A DNA stretch of 64,000 bases from Clostridia bacterium (GTDB taxonomy: Bacteria; Bacillota; Clostridia; Christensenellales; Borkfalkiaceae), in assembly GCA_900767885.1 (NCBI GenBank), contig CAAGAU010000040.1, positions 602 to 64,601 on the forward strand. The letters run 5' to 3'. The notes beneath the pieces were generated by a model, which was not told the origin of the DNA, did not search any database, and was given only the letters and a program-made list of their open reading frames with translations. Positions 57,499-64,000 of this stretch are shown here, in pieces (the stretch's first letter is position 1; the number at the start of each line of letters is the position of its first letter). Made by a program: the position numbers and the translations under genes.

Positions 57499-58187
57499 TA
57501 TATGCCACCGTACCTGCGCTTTCTGCCCGAAAACCATTCGAGCGCGCGTTCGAGTTCCTTCTTTTTAAAATCAGGCCATAAAACGTCGGTAAAATAAAAT
57601 TCCGCGTAAGCGCATTGCCATAAAAAAAAGTTGCTTAAACGCATTTCGCCGCTCGTTCGTACCACCAGGTCTATATCGGGCAGGTCGGCCGTATAAAGGT
57701 TAGCCGAAATGCTCTCCTCGGTGATTTCGCCGTTTTTTGCGGCAAGATTCGCCGCGCGGACTATCTCCGAGCGCGAACCGTAGTTTATTGCAATATTAAG
57801 CGTTTTACCCGTAAAAGCCGAGGTTTTTGCAATTACCTCCTCGGTGCGCGCGCGCAAATTTTCGCTTACGCGCGACATATCGCCCGATATTACGAGTTTT
57901 ATTCTTTCCTTTACCAGTTTGCCCGAATATCTTTTCAAAAATTTATCCAGAAGATCGAAAATAGTATCCGTTTCTTCTTTGGGGCGCGACCAGTTTTCGG
58001 TGGAAAAAGCGTATAAACTTACCGCTTCCACGCCGTGGTCGAAAGAGGCGTCCACCACCTCTTCTATAACATCCGCGCCTTTTTTATGACCGTAACTTCT
58101 CGGTCGGTTTTTGGCTTTCGCCCAACGACCGTTGCCGTCCATTATAAAGCCGATGTGCCTCGGAACGGCATTTTTTTCTTCCGCCAT
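57498..58187 (-). CDS. uppS: Isoprenyl transferase (undecaprenyl diphosphate synthase)
   Basis: HIGFIMDGNGRWA. Confidence 0.9.
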   Translation of the reverse strand: MAEEKNAVPRHIGFIMDGNGRWAKAKNRPRSYGHKKGADVIEEVVDASFDHGVEAVSLYAFSTENWSRPKEETDTIFDLLDKFLKRYSGKLVKERIKLVISGDMSRVSENLRARTEEVIAKTSAFTGKTLNIAINYGSRSEIVRAANLAAKNGEITEESISANLYTADLPDIDLVVRTSGEMRLSNFFLWQCAYAEFYFTDVLWPDFKKKELERALEWFSGRKRRYGGI

Positions 58188-58762
58188 TATACGGTCATCA
58201 ATTCCTTTTCTTTTTCGGCAGTGGCTTTTTCCACCGCCTCCATAGTGCGGGTAACGGTCTTTTCAATCGTCTGTTCGTAAGAAGAATATTCGTCGTCGGT
58301 CATCTCTTTGTTCTTATTCATTTTTTTGAATATATCAAGATAGTCCCTGCGGATATTTCTTACGGCGACTTTGGCGTCTTCGGACATTTTCTTTACCTGC
58401 TTTACTATGTCCTTTCTGCGTTCCTCGGTAAGCACGGGGAAAACGAGCCTTATAACAGTACCGTCGTTAGTGGGGTTGATGCCTATATCCGATACCTGTA
58501 TAGCCTTTTCTATTTCCTTTAAAAGCGACTTATCCCACGGGGATATAACGAGGCATTGACCGTCCTGTACGGCGATATTGCCGACCTGAGCGATAGGCGA
58601 GGGAGTGCCGTAGTAATCGACTTTGATTTTATCGAGAACGTGCGGATTTGCTCTGCCCGCTCTTACCTGAGTTAAGTCGGATTTAAACATTTCGGCGGTC
58701 TTTTCAAATTTCTCGTCCGCCTCTAAAACGAGGGTTTCGACTTTCTCTATATCGAGTGCCAT
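58187..58762 (-). CDS. frr: Ribosome recycling factor
   Basis: 191 aa; LTEERRKDIVKQVKK motif region. Confidence 0.9.
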   Translation of the reverse strand: MALDIEKVETLVLEADEKFEKTAEMFKSDLTQVRAGRANPHVLDKIKVDYYGTPSPIAQVGNIAVQDGQCLVISPWDKSLLKEIEKAIQVSDIGINPTNDGTVIRLVFPVLTEERRKDIVKQVKKMSEDAKVAVRNIRRDYLDIFKKMNKNKEMTDDEYSSYEQTIEKTVTRTMEAVEKATAEKEKELMTV

Positions 58763-58878
58763 ATTTTCTCCTTACGGCGCGCCGGGCGAGCTGTTGCCGG
58801 TCGCCTGATATTATTTTATTTAAGTATAACCCGTAAAAGCCGTTTTTGCAAGGGTTTTACGAAAAATTTTCACGAAAT

Positions 58879-59583
58879 TTAATATACTACCGTTCCTGCG
58901 GCGTCGGCGAACACTGCGTTTACTATGGATTGGTCGTCGAGATTGCCGAAAGCGTGAATTTTTATGCCGTTTTCTTTGCACATTACCACGGCGGAAGTAT
59001 CGAGAGCGCGAAGCCCCAGTCTTACGTATTCGTCGTAGGTGAGTTTGTCGAATTTTTTAGCGGCGGGGTTGGTTTTGGGGTCGCTGTCGTAAATGCCGTC
59101 TATATTTTTGGCAAGCAACAATACGTCCGCGCCTATTTCCGCGGCGCGTAAGGACGCACCCGTATCGGTAGAGAAAAACGGATTGCCCGTTCCGCCGCCG
59201 AACACTACTACTTTGCCTTCGGTAAGGTATCTTTTAGCCGTTTTTACGTTGTAGGGTTCGCCTATTTTATCTATCGCAAGGGCAGTCATAACGCGTGATT
59301 CCACGCCTTGGCGTTCGAGTGCGTCCGAAACGGCAAGGGCGTTGATAACCGTGGCGAGCATGCCCATATAGTCGGCGGTGGTTCTGTCCATCTCGTCGCC
59401 TTCTCTGCCGCGCCAGAAGTTTCCGCCGCCGACTACTACGCCTACCTCAACGCCGTTTTTGGCGAGGGTGGCTATTTGTTTTGCGGTAGAAGCAAGTGCG
59501 TCCGAAGAAAATCCGTGGCGTTTTTCCGCCGCAAGACTCTCTCCGCTTATCTTTAACAATATTCTCTTATATTTAGAATTCAT
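58879..59583 (-). CDS. pyrH: UMP kinase
   Basis: KRILLKISGESL, VVGGGNFWRG. Confidence 0.9.
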   Translation of the reverse strand: MNSKYKRILLKISGESLAAEKRHGFSSDALASTAKQIATLAKNGVEVGVVVGGGNFWRGREGDEMDRTTADYMGMLATVINALAVSDALERQGVESRVMTALAIDKIGEPYNVKTAKRYLTEGKVVVFGGGTGNPFFSTDTGASLRAAEIGADVLLLAKNIDGIYDSDPKTNPAAKKFDKLTYDEYVRLGLRALDTSAVVMCKENGIKIHAFGNLDDQSIVNAVFADAAGTVVY

Positions 59584-59713
59584 AACTTTTTATTCGTTCC
59601 TTCGTTATATCGGGCGTATGCACAAAGAATGACGTATAAAAAAGTACGTCATATTGAGCGTCAGCGAAATATCCCACCACTTAAGTGATAAAGCATATCC
59701 CTTATAGGTATAA

Positions 59714-59747
59714 AAACAGGGCTGCGCCGTCGGCACAGCCCTGTTTG
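59714..59747 (-). terminator. Rho-independent terminator after tsf
   Basis: AAACAGGGCTG.GCC / GGC.CAGCCCTGTTT stem with a T-run on the minus strand. Confidence 0.75.
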
Positions 59748-59749
59748 TT

Positions 59750-60409
59750 TTATTTACGCATTGCGTCAACCTGGGCCTGTACTTCGTCGGCAAGATTTTC
59801 TTCTTTCTTCTGAAGTCCCTCGCCCATCTCGTAACGAACGAATCTCCTTACGGAAATCTTTTCGCCTATCTGAGCGGTCGCCTCTACGACTACCTGTTCG
59901 ATAGTTTTGCTCGGGTCCTTAACGTATTTCTGGTTAAGTAAGCAGTTATCTTCATAATAAGATTTAATTCTGCCTTCTACCATTTTATCGACGATCTTCT
60001 CGGGCTTGCCTTCTTCGAGGGCTTGCGCGCGAAGAATAGCCTTCTCCTTTTCAAGCACTTCTGCGGGTACGTCTTCCGGCTTGACGTAAAGGGGATTCGA
60101 CGCCGCTATCTGAAGGGCGATATCGTGTACGAGCGTTCTGAACTGATCGCTGTTCGCAACGAAGTCGGTTTCGCAGTTTACTTCGAGCAGAACGCCTACG
60201 CGTCCGCCCATGTGAATATAACTGTCTACTATACCTTCGGCGGCAATTCTGCCTGCCTTCTTCGCAGCCTTGGCAATGCCTTTTTCTCTCAGATAGTCAA
60301 CGGCTTTTTCCATATTGCCGTCGCACTCTACGAGAGCGTTTTTGCAATCCATCATACCTGCGCCCGTTCTTTCTCTCAAAGTCTTGACGTCGTTAGCAGT
60401 GTAATTCAT
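59750..60409 (-). CDS. tsf: Elongation factor Ts (short form, 219 aa)
   Basis: [19 protein letters not shown]-like N-terminus. Confidence 0.9.
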   Translation of the reverse strand: MNYTANDVKTLRERTGAGMMDCKNALVECDGNMEKAVDYLREKGIAKAAKKAGRIAAEGIVDSYIHMGGRVGVLLEVNCETDFVANSDQFRTLVHDIALQIAASNPLYVKPEDVPAEVLEKEKAILRAQALEEGKPEKIVDKMVEGRIKSYYEDNCLLNQKYVKDPSKTIEQVVVEATAQIGEKISVRRFVRYEMGEGLQKKEENLADEVQAQVDAMRK

Positions 60410-60442
60410 TTTCGTTCTCCTTAAATTATAGGTAATTTATCC

Positions 60443-61270
60443 TTACGCCTCTACGGGAGTTTCAACGGCAACCGCGTCGGCGGGGTTCTCGGTAGCGTTT
60501 TCTTTCGCGTCGGCTTCTTCGGCAGCCTCGGCCATTTCAATGGCGGGCGACTCTTCTTCGTCTACTACGTTACGACGAACGGCGTCCTCGCCTTGTTTAG
60601 CCTCGATAACCGCGTCCGCTATTATGGAAGCGATAAGTTTTACCGCACGGATAGCGTCATCGTTACCCGAGATTACGTAATCCACAAGGTCGGGATCGCA
60701 GTTGGTATCGGTGATGGCTACTACGGGGATGTTAAGCTTCTTTGCTTCTTTAACCGCGTTGATTTCGCAGTTAGGATCTACTACGAACATAACGCCCGGC
60801 AAAGTTTTCATTTCTCTTATACCGCCGAGGTTGTATAAAAGTTTATCTCTTTCGGCTTTAAGACCAAGAACTTCCTTTTTGGGAAGAAGGTCGAATTCGC
60901 CCGACTTTTCCATGTTGTCGAGTTTGTTAAGCCTGTCGATTCTCGTTCTGATAGTCTTGAAGTTGGTAAGCGTACCGCCGAGCCAACGCGAATTTACGTA
61001 GAACATACCGCATCTTTCGGCTTCTTGCTGAATAGCCTCCTGCGCTTGTTTCTTCGTGCCTACGAAAAGTACGTTTTTACCGCTCTTTACTGCGTCTACC
61101 ACGAATTTGTACGCCTCTTCGACAAGGTCTACGGTAATCTGTAAGTCGATTATATGAATACCGTTTCTTTCGCCGTAGATGTACTTTTTCATCTTGGGGT
61201 TCCATCTTCTCGTCTGGTGTCCGAAGTGAACGCCCGCTTCGAGAAGTTGCTTCATAGAAGTTACTGCCAT
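60443..61270 (-). CDS. rpsB: 30S ribosomal protein S2
   Basis: ATG 61270 follows GGAGGA; [19 protein letters not shown]; acidic C-terminal tail. Confidence 0.95.
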   Translation of the reverse strand: MAVTSMKQLLEAGVHFGHQTRRWNPKMKKYIYGERNGIHIIDLQITVDLVEEAYKFVVDAVKSGKNVLFVGTKKQAQEAIQQEAERCGMFYVNSRWLGGTLTNFKTIRTRIDRLNKLDNMEKSGEFDLLPKKEVLGLKAERDKLLYNLGGIREMKTLPGVMFVVDPNCEINAVKEAKKLNIPVVAITDTNCDPDLVDYVISGNDDAIRAVKLIASIIADAVIEAKQGEDAVRRNVVDEEESPAIEMAEAAEEADAKENATENPADAVAVETPVEA

Positions 61271-61534
61271 AATGTTTCCTCCGTTATTCCTCCCCGCGCC
61301 CTTTTTATGCAACCCTTTAATCCGCACGAGTCATGTTTATTTTGCGGACACGAACAGGGCAAAGCGCGAGTGTGAATTTTATAGCCTTATCATTTTATCA
61401 TAAATACGCGGTTTTGGCAAATATTTAACGGCACTTTATGCCCGAATTATTAAAATTATTACGTTTCCGCTTTACTTGCGGGCGTTTTTATGGTACAATT
61501 TACCCGATTTCAAATAAGTTTTAACGGAGAAATT

Positions 61535-62749
61535 ATGGATTTACGCAATTATTACGGCGATACCGCCGACGAGAAAGTCCTGCTTGCCCGCATAGAAAAA
61601 GTAAAAGACGCGTTTTATTCGCACGAAAAAGTTAAACCCGAAAGGATTTTTTCCTCGTCGGGGCGCGCCGAAATTCTCGGCAACCATACCGACCATAACC
61701 ACGGTAAAGTTTTGGTGGCGGCTATATCGTGCGACATTCTGGCGGCGGTTAAAAAGACCGACGACGGCGTTATTAAAATTTGTTCCGAGGGGTATCTTCC
61801 GTTTACCGTGAACGTGAACGATTCAGCCGTTCGCGAGAACGAAAAAGGCACTTCCGTCGCGCTTACGCGCGGCGTTGCGGCTGCGATAAAAAACCGCGGC
61901 GAAAATATAGGCGGTTTTACCGCGTATTTAACCAGCAACGTTTTCGGCGGAGCGGGCGTTTCCTCTTCGGCGGCGTATGAGGTTTTAATTGCGGAAATAC
62001 TTAACGTACTGTACCTCGACGGAAAACTTTCGGCGGTAGATAAGGCGATTATCGCGCAGTACAGCGAAAACGTTTACTTCGGCAAGCCCTGCGGACTTCT
62101 GGATCAGAGCGGTATTGCGATAGGTTCGCTTTCCGCGCTCGACTTTGCCGTTCCATCCGCGCCCACGGTCAAAAAAACAGATATGATTAAGGGTTACACC
62201 CTCGTTATAACCAACACGGGCGGCAGCCACGCCGCGCTTACCGAACATTATGCGGCTATCCGCTCCGAAATGGAGCAGGTCGCGGCGTATTTCGGCGAAA
62301 AGGTTTTACGCGACGTACCCAAGGAAAAATTTTACGCCGATATCAAGGGTGTTGCCAAGAAAATTTCGGGCAGGGCGGCACTTCGCGCAATGCACTTTTA
62401 CGACGAAAACGAACGCGTCGACGAGGCGGTAGCCGCACTTGAAAAGGGCGACGAAAAAGCATTTTTAAGCGCGGTGAACGGTTCGGGACTTTCCTCGCTT
62501 ATACGCCTGCAAAACTGCGCCGTTCCGGGCGAAACCGAACAGCGCGTGGTACTCGGCATAGAACTTTCGCGCGAAATAATAAAACGCGGCGCGGTACGCG
62601 TACACGGCGGCGGCTTTGCGGGGTCGATACTCGCCGTAATCGCCGACGAAGAAGTTGAAAATTACCGTGCGGAAATGGGCAAAGTTTTCGGCAAAGACAA
62701 CGTATTTACCGCAAGCGTCCGTCCGCTCGGCACTGCGGAAATAAAATAA
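61535..62749 (+). CDS. GHMP sugar kinase, galactokinase-like with an atypical sugar-binding signature
   Basis: GRAEILGNHTDHNHG (canonical GalK is GRVNLIGEHTDYNGG); GHMP loop GGAGVSSSAA. ATG 61535 preferred over the track start 61490. Confidence 0.7.
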   Translation: MDLRNYYGDTADEKVLLARIEKVKDAFYSHEKVKPERIFSSSGRAEILGNHTDHNHGKVLVAAISCDILAAVKKTDDGVIKICSEGYLPFTVNVNDSAVRENEKGTSVALTRGVAAAIKNRGENIGGFTAYLTSNVFGGAGVSSSAAYEVLIAEILNVLYLDGKLSAVDKAIIAQYSENVYFGKPCGLLDQSGIAIGSLSALDFAVPSAPTVKKTDMIKGYTLVITNTGGSHAALTEHYAAIRSEMEQVAAYFGEKVLRDVPKEKFYADIKGVAKKISGRAALRAMHFYDENERVDEAVAALEKGDEKAFLSAVNGSGLSSLIRLQNCAVPGETEQRVVLGIELSREIIKRGAVRVHGGGFAGSILAVIADEEVENYRAEMGKVFGKDNVFTASVRPLGTAEIK

Positions 62750-62762
62750 ATAAGTTAAATGC

Positions 62763-62799
62763 GAACGCGGGGTTGCCGATTTTCGGCAACCCCGCGTTC
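62763..62799 (+). terminator. Hairpin terminator after the kinase gene
   Basis: GAACGCGGGGTTGCCG / CGGCAACCCCGCGTTC perfect stem, loop ATTTT. Confidence 0.65.
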
Positions 62800-62970
62800 T
62801 ATATGTACGATTCTCCATTGTATGATCTTATTTTATTATTTCGTCAAACTTTCACTCGTTATAATTACATTTTAACAGTTCACCGCTAATTTGTCAACCG
62901 TTTAACGCTATATAATTAACGATAAAATGATATATACTTATAACATTGACAAAGTGAGAGGGAAAGCGTT

Positions 62971-63282
62971 TTGGATATAGTCGGAAAAATTGACGAAATG
63001 CGCAAAGAGAGAGGTTGGTCGGTAAACAGACTCGCCACCGAGGCAATGCTTACGCAAAGCACTGTTGCCAATATGTTTAAAAGCGGCGCGGAGCCGAAGA
63101 TTGTCACGCTCCGGGCGCTGTGCGAGGCGTTAGGCGTAACTTTATCGGAATTCTTCTACGAGGGCGATTCCGTAACCGCCTCGCCGAGGACTATGGAACT
63201 ATTGTTTGCTTACGAGCGGCTTGCCGAAAAGGAAAAAAGAGCCGTTTACGAATTGATAAAAAATCTTGTAAAAAAAGAATAG
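62971..63282 (+). CDS. XRE family helix-turn-helix transcriptional regulator (103 aa)
   Basis: TTG start after GAGAGGGA; RGWSVNRLATEAMLTQSTVANMFK HTH. Confidence 0.7.
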   Translation: MDIVGKIDEMRKERGWSVNRLATEAMLTQSTVANMFKSGAEPKIVTLRALCEALGVTLSEFFYEGDSVTASPRTMELLFAYERLAEKEKRAVYELIKNLVKKE

Positions 63283-63291
63283 AAATTGCAG

Positions 63292-63332
63292 ACCGCCGCG
63301 AGGAGTAAAAACACCCCTCGCGGCGGTTTTTT
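63292..63332 (+). terminator. Rho-independent terminator after the XRE gene
   Basis: ACCGCCGCGAGG / CCTCGCGGCGGT stem followed by TTTTTT. Confidence 0.8.
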
Positions 63333-63420
63333 AAACGGAAATATAATTTATCGTTTTGTCGGTGAACGGCGTAAAAAGTACGTTACGTCGAGCGCAGGCG
63401 AACTATCCAAGTCGAGCGGA

Positions 63421-63460
63421 CAAAAAGCGGGCGGGGTGAAATTTTCACCCCGCCCGCTTT
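63421..63460 (-). terminator. Rho-independent terminator after clpB
   Basis: AAAGCGGGCGGGGTGAAA / TTTCACCCCGCCCGCTTT perfect stem; T-run on the minus strand. Confidence 0.8.
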
Positions 63461-63465
63461 GCGGT

Positions 63466-64000
63466 TTAACTCCGTTTGTATACGGTAAGTCCGTCGCCGT
63501 CGTAATCGACTACGGCGGTATCGCCCGCGGCAAAGAAATTGCCTATTATCTTTTTGGCGATAAGCGTTTCCACGTTATGCTGAATAAACCGTTTTAACGG
63601 TCTTGCGCCGTAAACGGGATCGTAACCGTTGTCTATAATATAATCTTTCGCTGTTTTTGTAACGTCGAGCGAAATCTGTTGTTCTTCGAGTCTTTTTTTA
63701 AGACTTTCGAGCATCAGATCGACTATTTGTCCTATCTCGCTCTTTTGCAGGGGTTTATAGAACACTATCTCGTCGAGTCTGTTTAAAAACTCGGGACGGA
63801 AACTCGATTTTAACAGCCTGCTTACTTCGTCTTTCGCCGATTGTTTTATTTCGCCGTTCTCGTCAATGCCTTCGAGTATTGCCGACGAGCCGAGGTTGGA
63901 AGTAAGTATTATAACCGTGTTTTTAAAGTCGACGGTTCTGCCCTGCGAATCGGTTATACGACCGTCGTCAAGCACTTGTAAAAGTACGTTGAACACGTCC
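63466..64000 (-). CDS. clpB: ClpB-type AAA+ chaperone, C-terminal part (gene continues beyond the window)
   Basis: [34 protein letters not shown] and [10 protein letters not shown]. Confidence 0.75.
   Translation of the reverse strand, partial: DVFNVLLQVLDDGRITDSQGRTVDFKNTVIILTSNLGSSAILEGIDENGEIKQSAKDEVSRLLKSSFRPEFLNRLDEIVFYKPLQKSEIGQIVDLMLESLKKRLEEQQISLDVTKTAKDYIIDNGYDPVYGARPLKRFIQHNVETLIAKKIIGNFFAAGDTAVVDYDGDGLTVYKRS

Noticed and set aside
62891-62952. Inverted 7-mers TTGTCAA / TTGACAA upstream of the XRE gene as an operator
   Set aside because: They are short and 48 nt apart, and both look like ordinary -35-type hexamers. The evidence is insufficient.
63286-63597. 103-aa ORF on the plus strand
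   Set aside because: It runs through two terminators and then antisense into clpB. It has no RBS.
1-64000. Search by eye for CRISPR arrays, tRNA or rRNA genes, IS elements, integrases, toxin-antitoxin pairs or known defence genes
   Set aside because: I saw no spaced repeat array, no tRNA-like T-arm sequence in the intergenic regions, no transposase- or recombinase-like ORF, and no flanking inverted or direct repeats. A proper tRNAscan, Infernal or ISfinder run was not possible.

Overview
This 64-kb chromosomal window comes from a Gram-positive, Clostridia-like Firmicute. It shows GGAGG-type Shine-Dalgarno sites, many lipobox lipoproteins, clear sigma-A promoters and hairpin/T-run terminators. 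I saw no rRNA, tRNA, CRISPR array, transposase, integrase or phage genes. (1) Positions ~290-25460 are an accessory glycan-utilisation locus. It holds a clan GH-D alpha-galactosidase-like gene and a nine-gene operon: two tiny ORFs, an 897-aa secreted repeat protein, an LplABC-type binding protein plus two permeases with no ATPase gene, a 1003-aa Ig-repeat protein, a DUF4838-like lipoprotein and a Big_2 lipoprotein. Cytoplasmic ADP-ribosylglycohydrolase-fold, GH2-like and GH38 enzymes follow, then a convergent AraC regulator and two esterases. Two promoters in this locus carry the same tandem direct-repeat operator with identical geometry. (2) Positions ~25.5-28.1 kb encode a YitT membrane protein and a purple-acid-phosphatase-like lipoprotein. 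(3) Positions ~28.3-31.9 kb are a pyrimidine salvage island: a leader with an attenuator-like terminator, an NCS2 permease, an atypical upp, a convergent DUF523/TudS-like gene and a canonical upp. (4) A 924-aa lipoprotein built from ~74-aa helical repeats follows. (5) The rest is housekeeping: murG, glpK plus a lipase, cca, uvrC, hprK, HIT, pflBA, rpsL-rpsG-fusA-tuf, an AEC transporter, zinc-ribbon proteins, veg, the rseP-dxr-cdsA-uppS-frr-pyrH-tsf-rpsB block, a GalK-like kinase, an XRE regulator and the 3' end of clpB. The most interesting candidates are the operator-controlled glycan locus with uncharacterised surface proteins and an ARH-fold enzyme, and the permease/upp/TudS/upp module. All functional calls rest on motifs read by eye; no database search was run.
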